A stretch of 64,000 bases of DNA from the NCBI RefSeq assembly GCF_009914755.1, contig NC_060932.1. One strand, given 5' to 3'. Positions within the stretch are counted from its first letter, which is position 1. Every line of letters begins with the position of its first letter. The notes beneath the pieces were generated by a model, which worked only from the letters and a program-made list of their open reading frames with translations, had not been told where the DNA came from and did not search any database. Both the position numbers and the translations under genes were made by a program. This document shows, one piece after another, positions 13,790 through 27,553 of this stretch. This DNA comes from the human T2T-CHM13v2.0 reference genome, Homo sapiens.

Positions 13790-15448
13790 ACTGGCATGGG
13801 AAACTTAGGGTATTGCTTTTACAGCTGGAAACCTCTGTGGCTGGTGGTGCCTTTGCCTGAGTTTTTGCTTCGGCCCACTGGGCTTGTTCCACCCACTCAG
13901 CCTGGCAAGTGCACTCATCTCATGCCACCAGTCCAGATCCCATGCCTGCCAAGGGTGAGCCAGGCACAGAGTGGCAAGGGGTGCATAAGTGAGTGAGCAA
14001 AAGGTCTGGCCACTGCACACAGCCATGCACACTGGCTGCTGCAGTGGGATGGGCAGCTCTGGGTGCTAGCACAGGCACTGAGTGCAAGCCTGCAGCTGGA
14101 TTAGATGCACCATAAGCGGCTTCTGCTGTGGGTGTCTACATCTGGACAAGGGGAATGCAGTGGTGCCCAGAAGCTTAGAGCTGCAACCACAGAGCTCCAA
14201 AGAGGGTGTCACAGCCCTGGCTCAGGGATCACCTAGGTCTGGGCTCCCAAAGGGCTGCAGCTCTTCTTTCCTTCTAGTTGCCTGCAATGTGGCAAGTCAG
14301 GGGTGATGTTTCAGCCCTGTTTGTGTTACAGCTTTTTCAGTTGTCCCACTTCCAGGAAGAATGAAGTACATGGACAACTGGTAGGTGAGAAAGGTGGAGA
14401 GGAGCTTTATTGCATGACAGAACAGCTCTCAGGAGACCTGAAGTGGGTAGCTCATTTTCACTAGCAAGTCATCCAGAGTGTCCAGATCTCAGCAGAAAGG
14501 AGACCCAAAGTGGGTAGCTCCTATCCACAGGCACGTTGTCCTGACAAGTCTCCAGCTCTCAGTGGAGAGATGAACCACAGTGGGTAGCTCCTTTCACAGG
14601 CAAGCTGTCCCAACAAGTCAAGGAGACCTGAAGTGGTTAGCTCCTTTGGGCAGCTGTTAGTCTTAACGTCTGTGTGAGTCTGGCTGGGTCTGGGGGTTTT
14701 ATGAGCTCAAAAGGGAGGAAGTGCATGCTGATTGGTCCATAGGCGGCCATGGGCAGGCCCAGAAAAAGCACCATACATTCTCACTCTGGGCCACAGACTC
14801 CACGTAGAACTGATAGCTCGGCCCACAGGCTTCAGGCTGTCCCCAGCTTGAAGGTGGGGCTTCACCAGGGACCACCCCTTTCTGCCCAGGAGGCTGTCTG
14901 CTTCCTCCCACCATCAACATGTCATCCATAGTGCCCAGGCTGTTCATGTGGAAGGGTGCCTGCAGGCCCATGCCAAGCAGCCCTCAGCCCCCCTAGGCCT
15001 CCCTCCCATGATTATTGGTGCCCAAAGTTTGGAGGGGGCCAAGGCAGCAGGAGGCAGTCTTGTTGGCACCACCCCAAGCATGCACACACGTGGCCAGGTT
15101 GCAACAGCACCCAGGCTTGGCCACAACTTTGCTCCGCCCACTCCCGGGCACCAGGAGTGGGCAGAGGACAGGCAATGGGAGCAGGCCCTTTCAAGACTGT
15201 GTGGGCAAGGGGCTTCCTGGATTCCCAAGAGTGCAGGGATCCCTGGTCCAGAGTCATGGCTGGTCAGCTGCAGCTGTGCCCAGGAGCGTGGGGCTCCAGC
15301 CCTAATGACTTGGTAGGGGGCAGAGCTCCTGCCTGTTCATGGCACTTGCTGACTCTGTGGAGTGTGCAACCCTGGCTGTGCCTCCTCTGTGCACCCTGCA
15401 TCTTAGTAATGGTGGTTCCAGACAGGGCTGGCATCAGCAGTACCATCA
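13790..15448 (-). mobile_element. MER52 (ERV1) solo LTR, ~1.65 kb
   Basis: Minus strand begins TGATGG and contains 'caggcaggagctctgccccct...gggcacagctgcagc...ggagcaaagttgtggccaagcctggg'; ends '...cagaggtttccagctg'; four internal 'gtgg(g/t)tagctc' units at 14430-14645; GC-rich with CpG decay. Confidence 0.88.
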
Positions 15449-15690
15449 GCTTTACTGTGCATGTGTTTTTGACACCAAGTCTTTTTTGCTTTCTTATTTT
15501 GGAATGACAAGCATCTCAAAGTCATTATTTTAGTTACTTGGGTTATATAAATCATTGGATAAACTAATATCTATCTTCTCACTTTTTGGAATTGGAGAAA
15601 ATTGTGGCAAAATAAAAATTATTAATCAGATTCTATACTATTTTCTTTCACTAGTTTTAGTATTTTCCAAGATAAAATAATGGTCAGTCT

Positions 15691-16008
15691 AGTGCTGTCA
15701 CATAGATAAACAATATGAATCACAGATATGAGCTACCATTACATTTAACTTTTCTTAGGAACCAAAATTAATAAAAATTTAAGAAAGAAACTGATGAAAT
15801 TAATCTTCATAGTGTATTTTATCATGTAATCAATATAAAAATTCAGATATCCAAAATATCACTTCAATGGTTAATTAATGTAAAATTATTGAGATAATTT
15901 TACATAATTTTTGGAACTGTCTTCAAACACTTGTATTTTATACTTATGGCACATCTCTATTTGATTGATAGCCACATGTGGCTTGTGTTATCATATAAGA
16001 CAGCACAA
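15691..16008 (+). mobile_element. MER33 hAT-Charlie MITE
   Basis: Termini 'agtgctgtc...' and '...gacagcac'; internal 'catgtaatcaatataaaa' and 'tagccacatgtggct'. Confidence 0.75.
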
Positions 16009-16109
16009 ATTGGGATAGTTTTTATCTTCATTCCATTCATTTATTCATTATGTGCATGGAAGTCAACAAATGAAATATTAATTAATGGCAAATATATTTT
16101 TATTGTCTA

Positions 16110-16508
16110 TGTCTTAATCCATTTTGAGTTGCTATAAAGGAATACCTGAGGCAGAGTAACTTATAAACAAAACTTATACATGAAGGAGGTTTATTTGGCT
16201 TACAGTTCAGCAGGCTGTATAAGAAGGAGGGTGCTGACATATGCTCAGTTTCTGATGAGCACCTCAGGCAGCTTTCACTCAAAGTGGAAGATAAAGTGGA
16301 CCAGCATGTGCAGAGAAAGGAATGGGGTGTGGGAGTGCCAGGCTATTTTAAACAACCAGCTCTTATGGTTACTAATACAGCAAGAAGTCATTCACCTGGT
16401 GAAGGATCCATCACCATGACCCAAACATTGTCCATTAGGTCCCGCCTGCAACATTAAGAATCAAATTTCAATGTGAAATTTGAAGGAGACAAATATTCAA
16501 ACTATAGA
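16110..16508 (-). mobile_element. MST (MSTB-like) MaLR solo LTR
   Basis: 'tgtcttaatccattttgagttgctataaaggaatacctgagg...tttatttggcttacagttc...caaactata'. Confidence 0.85.
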
Positions 16509-16604
16509 TATTTTCAAATTATTTTCAGTAATATTCTCCTTTCGGGCTAAACAATGTCCAGTAATAGTAATGTATCTTATTATGAATATTGTTTAAATTA
16601 CTAA

Positions 16605-17170
16605 AAACATTGCTGCAATTACTATTGCTGCATAATAAGTCACCCCAAATTGTATTAGTGTAAAATCACCATTTTATTATGCTCATAAATTCTGTGGTCA
16701 GGATATGAAAAGGCAGAGCAGAGGTGACATGTTTCTGCTCCACAGGTTCTACAGCCTTGAAGGTAAGTCTTGTTGGCTGGGAATGGCTCAATATCTGGGA
16801 TCTAGAATCTTCTGGAATCTTGTTCACTCACATATCTGTTGCCTAATCTGGGTTAACTTAAAGACAAGGATGGCCAACTTTAACTACATGTGGCCTCTCC
16901 ATGTAGTTTGACCTCCTCACTGCTTGGCATCTGAGATTGAACTTTCCATGTTGGGGCTCAGGACTCCAAGTGCAAGTGTTGCAGCAAATATGACCAAAGT
17001 TGCATTGCCTTATCAGACTGTGCCTTTGAAGTCACACAGCATCATTTCGATTTCCTTCCACTGGTTTCAGCTAAGTCATTAAGTTCAGTTGTTATTCAAA
17101 GGAAGGTGACATAGATCTTCCCTCTTTACTTAGGGGTCAGAATTTTAGAACATGTTTTACAATGATCACA
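16605..17170 (-). mobile_element. MLT1 (G/H-like) MaLR LTR
   Basis: 'ctattgctgcataataagtcaccccaaa', 'catgtggcctctccatgt', 'gaagtcacacagcatcatttc'. Confidence 0.75.
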
Positions 17171-17479
17171 CAACTTTTCTTTCTGAACACTTTGCTTCAC
17201 ACCTTCTCATATCCACGGTTATGAATTCTCCTGACTATATCTATTGTAACCCAAAATATTGACTGTACTCAGAGATTCATCAGAGATTTCATGTCTATAT
17301 GCCCAGAGCCTGATATAATGCCACCTTATTACACACATAATATAGAATCTGAGGACTACGTTAACTGATACATGTTAAGTATCCTGCAGAGAGCTGGCAC
17401 ATTGGATGTGCTCAATAATTGTTAGCTTTAAGTATCTTAAACAGCTATTATTATAATGATAAGTCTTTGTTCATGTTTC

Positions 17480-17665
17480 ATCTCCATGACTTGTCATGTG
17501 TTTTGCTCTGATTACATTACTTGAATTCTTGAAGCCTCTGTTTCTCTTTTGTAATGTAGGTAATAATAGTATATTTTATAGGATATTAATAGTATATCCT
17601 ATAAAATGAGATAATCCAAATAAAGCACTTACTGTAGTGTCTGGTACATAGTAAGCCAAGTATCT
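17480..17665 (+). mobile_element. MIR SINE
   Basis: 'aagcctctgtttctcttttgtaatgtaggtaataatagta...aaatgagataat...taaagcactt...ctggtacatagtaagc'. Confidence 0.7.
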
Positions 17666-19599
17666 TATGAAAATTTGTCTAGAAATTTTAACTGAGACAA
17701 ATTTCTCAATGAATTATTCTTTTTAATCAACCAAGAGGAGGAAGTAGTAATTTATTCCAAACAATAGATAAAGAAAAATTCTGGCCAGTTTAATTCTGAT
17801 GTATTTTATTACATAAGGTCATTTGTGTTCTGGAAATAGTCTGAGACTAATTAAAATCAAGTAAGTGTCCAGATTGACAATAATAATCATTGGGTGTCTA
17901 TTGGAAACATTTATAATTAATTAAACAAAATTAGGATTGTTAGCTATTTTCTTACATGTCTGATTCTTACCTTAGTACAGAACATTAAGAACAAAGTTGA
18001 CACAAAGTTATATTGTCATTCTCCTATCTATATATTTCAATATATTCAAGTCCTTCCTAAGTGGTTAAGAAATTGCTATTCAAATGTGTTTATAATTTTA
18101 TACTCCAGTAATGACTATCACAGTTTAAAATTGGTTAATTTTACCTATAACCATGTGGAGAGTATTTGAATGGTAATGAGAACTACTGTTATAACAAACG
18201 TAACTCATTTTTGTTTAAATTATACCTTTATTTTCACAACAGTTCAAATGCATGATCTGTAATGAATCATACCATATTGGAAACGCTCTATCAGGCTGGT
18301 GTGTTAGCTGCAGTCTTTCCCCACTCTACAATGTAACTGAAAAAAAAAGGCCAGATATTCCACTTAACTAAATCTAACCCTTGTTGAAGGATCTCTCATT
18401 CATGATTTTTTTCATACCACCCACTTGATTTGTATTTCAAATATGCAGTATTTTCTGGGACATTGTTATTATCTTCTTACATATGGTTCACAGATGATAT
18501 TAAAACTCTTCGAAAGTCTAGATGAAGCAAAGCTGTTAGAAAGCATCACTGAGCTAAGTTAGGAGAGCTGGGATCTAGTATCTCTCCATTGCTAACAAAA
18601 TAACTGATTTTAGGCATGCTACAGACCCCTTCAGGATGATTTGCTCTATAATTGTTGGTGTGGTATAGAATCTATAAGGTCAATTACCTACAAATGTATT
18701 TAATTTCATAAAATATGCTATAGATTTATGTCTCATCATAATGACCAATGTTAATTTTACAATGCTTTTATAAACTAAAAGTTAGATATAGTTTGGGATG
18801 CTGTGAGATACTGATTTAAATTCCTTTATTCTTAAGTAATCAATAACATTCTTGACTTATTTCCTGACTCCATCTATCTATACACTAAGATAGAGCTGCC
18901 TTAGTAACAGAGATCGATGATAGTGATTTGGATCTTTGATTTCTTTGTCTCTTCATTTTCCTGGTTCAAAACTGACACAACATTTTCTTTAACTTCTGAT
19001 AAATAACAGTGCCTTTTAAATAAAATACAGTAATGTTAGTCCTCTTGTCCTTCAGTGAACATATGAACTTACTGAGATCAGTATCATGGATGATTAGGTT
19101 AAGAATGATTTGAGATTGGTGAGTTGGAAGGTTTCCAAAACTAATTGTTGAATTCCTGAATATGACTAATAAAATTAATGAGTGAGATCTGTGCCTATGT
19201 ATAATATTATTTCACTTTGATAAAAAATGGATCAGATAATAAAATCTAACATGTTCAGGCACAATGCAGTGCCATACTTAGTCTATTTGTAAACTTTTCA
19301 GTACAGCCAAGTGTATTCAATAATTTTCAGATATCATGTTCCTAATACATTAAACTTAATTTAATAAATAATCAAATGTTAGAATGTATTTCAGTAATTT
19401 TTGGAATGACTAAGATTTCTAGAAGTCCAGTAAAATTTAGGTTATTTTGTATTAATGAAAAATTAAACAGCAAAATTGCTCAGTAAACTCTTTGTATTTA
19501 CTGTCAGACCTTACAGGGAACTTAAATTATTTTATATTTCTGGAAGAGTGAAGGAGACATCCCTGCACAATTATAAAATATATTCTTAAAAAACACATT

Positions 19600-19760
19600 T
19601 TTATTATATAGTATATGCTAGGCACTGCTAGGAGGCTAAGGTATCTTGCATTATTAAATCCTTGCAACAACGTTGAGATGTAAGTTATTATAGGACTGTC
19701 ATAAAAACAGAGGCTTAGGAATAGTGAAATTATTAACCCAGTTTAGAACCTGAATATAGC
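19600..19760 (-). mobile_element. MIR SINE fragment
   Basis: 'tatgctaggcactgctag...aatccttgcaacaac...aaaacagaggcttag'. Confidence 0.55.
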
Positions 19761-19810
19761 CAATGATTTTATGATTTAGTATGACCACATATTTGATGAT
19801 AGTGGAATAT

Positions 19811-20050
19811 TTTTAAATTTTTTTATTTTAATTTCTGTGGGTACATAGTAGGTGTATATATTTATGGGGTACATGAAATGTTTTGATACAGGCATGCAGT
19901 GCATAATAATCACATTATAGAGAATGGAGTATCCATCCCCTCAAGTATTTATTTTTTGTGTTACAATCCAATTATACCCTTTTAGTTATTTTTGAATGTA
20001 CAATTAAGTTATTGAAGTCCATAGTCACCCTGTTGTGCTATCAAATACTA
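19811..20050 (-). mobile_element. L1MA (MA1-3-like) 3' end, 5'-truncated
   Basis: 'gtgggtacatagtaggtgtatatatttatggggtacatg...tagtcaccctgttgtgctatcaaatactag'; imperfect TSD TAGTGGA(A/CA)TATTTT. Confidence 0.85.
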
Positions 20051-20185
20051 GTGGACATATTTTAATTGGAAAAAATCTGGATGATATAAGAATAGATCAT
20101 ATGGCAGAACATATACAGAGGAACTTACGGAAACAAAGTACCACATTCCCACACCTTTTACCATTTTTAAATTATTGATATTTAA

Positions 20186-20494
<309 letters not shown>

Positions 20495-21559
20495 CTATAA
20501 CATTTTATTTGTTCTTAGTCCTTTAAAAAGTTGTGAATATTTAGGTGTGTCTTTTTTACGTTTCTTTTTCCATTAACTAATATTATTTTATAATAAGAAG
20601 ACATGCAGAAACAACAGAAACTTTGCTAACGCTTGTGTTAAAGATGTGGGATCCCTAAGTTGAGAAAAAAAGAAAATGAAAATAATCACAAAGAGATAAT
20701 AGAACTGCTAAAACATAACTTCTTTCCATCTCTTCATATCTTCTTAGGATCATAAAGAAACTGCTAGTCAGATGATTTTTCTCTTCCACTAAAAGCTTTT
20801 TATGAGTGGTTTGCCCTAGAGCAGCCCTGTTCTATGCCATATTATTCAATATCTAGGGTAATGCAACCCTTGTTTCTGCCTCACTAGCTGTTCAGTGATT
20901 AATATATTCAGGGTCCTCACTTGACGTGAGACTTTTAGGTCAACCTTCTCCCAGCATATGTGCTTGAGTCCTTGTGGTTGTTATGGGTATTTTTTTTAAT
21001 AATGGTGATAAATTGCATTAAGTAATTTAGATCTCTCACTTTCCTTTTAAGTGTCAGGTATTGATCTATATGCCATGATGTCAGTCATTCTTTCCCTGAA
21101 TGCATTAACCTTCTTTCTCTATGTTTGTGTCTGATCTGCCTGTCTAGTTTGGAATAAAAGCCCTCTGGGAAAAGTCTAATTCAGTGCTGTGTATATTCTT
21201 AAGTGATTGTGTGAGCCCATTAAATGTTTATTAATAAATATAAATTGTCAACATTATTAATATTTATTACTGATTCATAGTAATGACAATAGTATACATG
21301 AATTATGGGAATCAGATAACTAGATCTAAGTTTTATTTTTGTTAATAAAGGAAGTACAGTTAACGTGTATATACAAATATATAACCATATAATATGTATA
21401 CATATTCAATAATTATTGTTTTTCATGTTCATATTATAGTAGAAAATGCTTCCTCAGTGACTGTTTTACATTTCATTTAAATATACTTTACTCTTAAACA
21501 ACATAGGCAAAATACAACTAAATGTTGTTTGCATTGACATTGTAGTTAATCCCAAAATG

Positions 21560-21770
21560 CCCTTTTTTTATACATTAACAAATATTCCAAATGTGCTGAG
21601 CACTCTGCTACATGTTGGAGACAAAAGGAGAAACAAAAAATGGCCCCTCTCCTCAAGTTGCCCAACATGAAACATACACACAAGTAAATGGGTGCTTGCA
21701 GTCCAGGGTGCCGAATGCTGAGACTGGGATCAGGCGTGGAAAGTTCATCCAAGAATTCCTTAAAAAACGT
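21560..21770 (-). mobile_element. L2 3' fragment
   Basis: 'cattaacaaatatt...tgtgctgagcactctgctacatgttggagaca...cctctcctcaagttgc'. Confidence 0.5.
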
Positions 21771-21777
21771 GATGTTT

Positions 21778-22080
21778 GGCCAGGTGCGGTGGCTCATGCT
21801 TGTAATCCCAGTACTTTGGGAGGCCGAGGCAGGCAGATCATGAGGTCAGGAGTGCAAGACCAACCTGACCAACATGGTGAAACCCCGTCTCTACTAAAAA
21901 TGCAAAAATTAGCTGGGCGTGGTGGCACACACCTGTAATCCCAGCTACTCAGGAAGCTGAGGCAGGAGAATCACTTGAACTCAGGAGGCAGAGGTTGCAG
22001 TGAGCCAAGATCATGCCACTGCACTCCAGCCTGGGCAACAGAGTGAGATGCGTCTCAAAAAAAAAAAAAAGAAAGAAAGA
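21778..22080 (+). mobile_element. AluSg-like full-length Alu
   Basis: Dimeric Alu with the 'gatcatgaggtcaggag' 2-bp deletion form; A/GAAA tail; TSD AAAAAA(C/T)GTGAT. Confidence 0.93.
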
Positions 22081-23259
22081 AAAATGTGATTTTCAAGATA
22101 CTCTCCTGATTTCAGAAAGGCACTGTCCTTGTTAAACACTATCATGTACTAACTAAATGCAAGCTTCAAAAGAACCTTAGCAGATATTTGGTTTCAATTT
22201 TCATGTAAGAAAATGAGAACTTAGAGAAATTTGTGATTAATTTATCCAAAGACATAGAGCAGAAATTTCATTCCAAGTCTGCCAGGCACATCAAGGCTTA
22301 AACTCTGGCTGTTTACTAATGACTCTCTATTTAAAGTCTTAAGAATCCAATAAATCAGAAAGTGTACTTGGATCTATGTAATAGAAAGTCTTCTGTAATT
22401 TCATCTATTAAGGATGTATAATAAACCTACAATTTGAGTGACTGATACTTAGGATCCACAGAAGAATAACAACTAATATTCAAATGCTTAGTCTCACAGC
22501 TACTACAGTTGAGCTAGTACAGTTGAGTTTGAAAATCATACTAAGCAATGTTTTCCCTTCTCAAAAAACTGCATGTTGCTGATTTCTATATATTCCTAGG
22601 GTTAAAGGTCAATCCCATATACTTATTAAATTAAAAAAAAAGTCTCATGACCCTAATAATAGTCTAAACTTATTGGAGAAGCATGTTCTTTTCTTCTACT
22701 TGGACCAACCATTGCTAAAGCACCATATGATTTTTTGTGTGTGTGCTCTCTACATCACTGTTAGAAAATGACTCATTTGGTTCATTTTTTCTGGGTCAAA
22801 GAGCAACATGGGTGTCTCAACTGTCCAAGCCTAAAATATTGACTGCTACTGAACGTATCATTAAACACAACATTCAGTAACTTCAGCCCTGGATTTCAGT
22901 GGCAGTACTCACACTTAAGAAGCAGAAAGGAACAGACATAGCCCAGTTAAATACAGCTAGAACACAGGGTTATCAAACGAACCTACATTAAAAGTGGACC
23001 TTTTCTTGACACATTCTGGTGGCAAAACTGAGATACAAACTTTTCAGCTAAATGTTGCTGTAGTAGAGTTTATATTAATTTCTAGAATTTCTTGAGGTTG
23101 AAAGCTTTTTTGAGGCGTAATGGCAAGAGAGTAAGTCCTAGAGAATTATTCAGTTCTTGAGGAATTGATAATTGACTTTAACTTACAGTTCATTATCCCT
23201 TTACAATGATCATATTGAGTTTCACATTGCTTTATCTTATGTATTAAATGTTATTTCAA

Positions 23260-23480
23260 AATATGTTTTCCAAATTGTGTTCCAGTGATATTTGTTCTAT
23301 AAGATAGCAGTTTATGTAGAAAAATGGAACAATGTCAAAGAATTCTGGGGAAATCTAAGTTAAACAAAAAGTATGTTGTTTTAATAATATTTTATAGAGC
23401 TTTTCATTCCCCAGATAAGAGTTATTCTACAGCAGCATTTCTAAACTAATTTGATCAGAAAACCTCTTTTGATTGAAAGC
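23260..23480 (+). mobile_element. MER103-like hAT fragment
   Basis: 'gttttccaaattgtgttcc...cagcatttctaaactaatttgatcagaaaacctc'. Confidence 0.4.
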
Positions 23481-23589
23481 CAAAATTAAGGATTTTTTGG
23501 ACAAAGTACTACAATATGCATAGCATACTGTAGTTACTAAAATTTTAAATTAAATATTTATATGAATTAAAAACATGTAAAATACAAAG

Positions 23590-25230
23590 AGCTGTTGAAT
23601 GAGACTTTCCATGTGTCTCAGTTTATTGCTGAAACTCCAAAACTGAGAGCATCAGATTATGAGTAGCCCACATTCTACTAAGGATGGCTGGACACATTCA
23701 CAATAACTGAGTACATGATGACATGAAAATGGGTATGCTCAGCAATTTTTAGCCTTCCTCGAGCACCTATAATAGAAGGCCAAAAATTCAAAAGGATGGT
23801 AGCAGAGTGCTGTGGAAGTAGAGTTGTCAGCCTCCTAAAGAGTATGATGGCATTTCATATTTCCTACCCACACACCCCACACATAGGAGGTAACCTCTGC
23901 TCCCTCCCCTAACCCAAGAGAAACATTGACAGAACTTTGGGGTTTGCTTGAAGGTCCAGGGTGGCATCACTCTCCTCAGCTGGTGAAGTGCTGGGCTGTA
24001 GAAATGTGTAGGACCAGTATGTGCATTTCAGGGGAGTTAAGCAAGATAATTTTTGAGACAGCCTTACCTAGGTTGTTAAATTAAGGAATGTACATGGACA
24101 TCTGATTCCCCTGTCACCTTTTTGCCAAGCTGTGAGCTGTTATGGTAAAACACCTTTCTTTATGCCATGATAAGGAAAGAAATCTGTGTTTCTGCATTTT
24201 CAGATTATGTGTTGGCTCACTCAGAGGGCCTACCTAATAAGGCAGAAAGAAGCCATAAGGTATGCCACTGGAAATAGTTGCCAGGGTGGGAGGTGTGTTC
24301 GGGTATATATAATGCACTTAGGAAACTGCAGTACTATTTATGTGAGGTGTGTAACAGAGCAATGTTCTCTGAAGACATCACAAATGTGACTCACAAAAAA
24401 GCCAGCGTTTCCAGATATGCCATGGTGGAGGGTGTAATGCTCAGCCAGTATTAATGCCAAGTGAGAATTATAGCAGAATTAGTACATAAGACTTTTGATG
24501 TCTACCTGAAATTCCTCTTCCACTGCATTGACCCTGGAAAAACCAAAAGAAATAAAGAGGTGGAAGGAGAGCTAAAGACTGAGCCAAATTCCCTCCCACT
24601 GGGAGTACCAGAACCACAGCCAGACCTCAAATGGAGGGAAAGGAACAGCAGTTAACTGAATGTAAATGCGAATATTAAATGTCCCCAAGACTGGAGTTAT
24701 TCATAAAGAAGAGAGGTGTTTTTTGTTTTGTTTTTTATTCTTTCCCCTGTCTCCCAACATAGGACTTGTTTTTTTTTTGACATGGAGTTTCGCTCTTGTT
24801 GCCCAGGTGGAGTGCAATGGCATGATCTGGCCTCACTGCAACCTCCGCCTCCTGGGTTCTAGCGATTCTCCTGCCTCAGCCTCCCGAGTAGTTGGGATTA
24901 CAGGCATGCGCCACCACGCCCAGCTAATTTTTGTATTTTTAGTAGAGATGGGGTTTCACCATGCTGGTCAGGCTGGTCTCAAACTCCCAACCTTAGATGA
25001 TCCGCCCGCCTCGGCCTCCCAAAGCGCCGGGATTACAGGTGTGAGCCACCACGCCCGGACTTGTTTTAAACATCAATAGTGATTATGAAACTACAGAATC
25101 TCAATGCGATGTCTTCCAAGGATCTGAAAGGGATTCCTGAAAGAAAATCTTAAACATATGGATAGGAGAAAAATGTAGCTTTTTTCTTACTGTATCCTGT
25201 TAGATTCAGCCTGTCCAGTAAGCCAGTTAC
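23590..25230 (+). mobile_element. Old LTR (LTR78/79-like), split by an Alu
   Basis: GC-richer block ending '...ttcagcctgtccagtaagccagttaca', similar to recalled LTR78-family 3' ends; 5' boundary uncertain. Confidence 0.4.
24769..25058 (-). mobile_element. AluSp/Sq-like Alu
   Basis: 'gagtttcgctcttgttgcccagg...gcaatgg...ggtcaggctggtctc'; TSD GGACTTGTTTT at 24762 and 25057. Confidence 0.93.
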
Positions 25231-26379
25231 AGAGATCATGTTTAATTTCCAGGTAATTAACTTTATGTTGAATTACCAGATTACTGTATTAATAGATTAA
25301 AACAATACAAATTTACTAACTTACTGTGAGATTAATTACATGAAAACCATTGCAGTAGCATATATTTCATATGTATAATTTATATGAAATAGCTTATGAA
25401 ATATTAATGAACATAATTCACTGTGAAAAATATATTTTAGAACTTCAGGTTATGTATCAGGAAAATACTTTTAAATAGCTAATATTATACTTTATTATCT
25501 TAATTCATAGCTAAAGTCCAATTATTATATTAATTATTTTCAGCTGATCATATCTGGTAACATCAGAACCAGAGGGCAAATGCCAACCTAAATTAACTCT
25601 CTGTGTCACATTTTAAGAGAAGAGCAATAAGAACGCTAAAAGGGGAAAAGAAACATATGAATGTGAAATAAACTCAGCCACTCTGTTGTTTAAAATTATT
25701 AAAAAGTCATATATAATATTTCTATATCATGTAGCTTGTGGCAAAGACATCAGTCATCACATTATCTGTACATTGAACATGATAAATTGATTGTGTTCTA
25801 ATGAGAGGATCTAATTACTCAGAGAAATGAAGAGGGCATATGAAAGCTTTTTAGCTCCAATAGCCATATATTATCATTGATAACACTGAATCTGGTGTGG
25901 TTTAATTCCTTTGTTCTGTACATTTTGGAAGATATAATCTTCCTAATTCATTTCTTTAAAGAGACATCAGATCATCAATTTATCATACTCCTAAAAATAG
26001 CAAAAGGAAATATCACAGGAATATGAAATCTGTGCAATGGTCATCAGAGGTTTTGTACTTGGGTTCCACCCCGCCCATGCCAGGCTTTGCTAAACTTCCA
26101 CAGGTAGCAAACTAAAGCTTCCACATAATTATTGTTTCAAAATATAATTGTAAAACTTATTCAGTAATTTCTACAGGATATCTCATGATCATAAAATTAT
26201 GTTGGAACCCTTCTATAGTCACAAAGTAGAATCAAGATTCAGAATTATCTCAACAGTGTGTCACTCAAGGTCAAAATAAACAAGATGAAATATAATAGCA
26301 GAACTGAAAACTTGTGTATTTGAGTTTCAATGATCATTTGTTCAAACGTAGCATAAGGAGATATAAGGTGTGAAATGAG

Positions 26380-26720
26380 TGACTGAATGAGCTCATTCTC
26401 AGTTGAGAAGGAAAATATTGCACATTTGAAGGACGCTCATGTGGAAGGAGGATTAGATCTACAGGCAGGTGAACCTATGGAATTTACCACTACACAGTTT
26501 TTAATTCAAGAAATAGCATGTTAACAACCAGAGCTATCAAATAATGGAATTGACTGCTTTGTAATGGGGTGAGTTTTCTTCCTGGTGTCCTTGGATACTG
26601 CCAAGCAATAACTGTATAACTATGTCGGGAAAGTTGATTATATAAAAAGCATTTCTGCAGTCAAACCTGGAAGTAATGATTATATGACTTCTAAGCTGTC
26701 TCCTCTGACTTTAAGACTTC
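26380..26720 (+). mobile_element. L3/CR1 3' fragment
   Basis: 'aacaaccagagctatcaaataatggaattgactgctttgtaatggggtgagtt' resembles the CR1/L3 3' end. Confidence 0.55.
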
Positions 26721-27044
26721 CAGCTTGTATTTTTTTTCACTTATGTAACCTTTCAACTCTCTCACTGGTATTTATATTTCGTCTTATTAATTATAGGCAT
26801 AATTGCACATGTCTTTAGTTCCTTTATAGATGTTTTTCTATATAACAAATTTTATAAGATAAGTAACTGCATTGTTTTTATATTCTTCTCTTCTGTGGGA
26901 AGTCTAGAAGCCTTGGACTTAGAACATGCCGAAAGCATTTGAGTGTATGGTGAAATTAATACAGGATAGTATTTTTTAAAATAGCATATAAGAGAAATAT
27001 TTATTATAGTATTAAAATAACATTTTCCTGAGTTATCTTTCAAA

Positions 27045-27553
27045 AACTGTGAAGAGTCTGAGTTTTTACCCAACTGGCATGTTAACAAGGTAACGTAAGT
27101 CAGTTTTATGGATGCTGATTGAATACCTGAGACATCAGGGTCAGAAGGTACCACAGTTTCGTGGATGTTAACAGAAGACTCAAGACTCCTGAGATAAAGA
27201 AAAATGACTTTATTATTTATAATACAGCAAAAAGCATAGACATCAGCATGTTTGGGTCGCTTCGCCTTGCCACCAGATCTCAGGGGTAAGATGCAGATGG
27301 GCCCAGATAGTGCTTACACACTCAGTAGGTTGCATTACAGAAGATAAACCTAAGTTTGCATAAGGAACCCAATTTTTAAATAACAGATAGTAAGCACACT
27401 TTCCCTCTTCTCCAAGGGAGAAAATATCTATTATCCTGGGCTGTTTGTTATACCAATATCCTTGGAAAGATGGTCCAAAACAAAATTAGGTCATTGCCTT
27501 TCTCACAAGACATGCAGAAACATGAGAGAGCCATGGCTAATCGTCTCCCAATA
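27045..27553 (-). mobile_element. LTR40 (ERVL) solo LTR
   Basis: Minus strand 'tattgggagacgattagccatggctctctcatgtttctgcatgtcttgtgag...aataataaagtc...catccacgaaactgtgg'. Confidence 0.75.

Noticed and set aside
14430-14645. Four spaced repeats that superficially resemble a CRISPR array
   Set aside because: Degenerate internal units of the MER52 LTR with related spacers; primate DNA, no cas genes
13796-15533. Dense cluster of overlapping ORFs up to 183 aa
   Set aside because: All lie in the GC-rich MER52 LTR, where stop codons are rare; no recognisable protein
21612-21938. 108-aa ORF
   Set aside because: Read-through into an Alu ([15 protein letters not shown] is Alu translation)
24666-25079. 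137-aa ORF
   Set aside because: Antisense Alu translation ([12 protein letters not shown])
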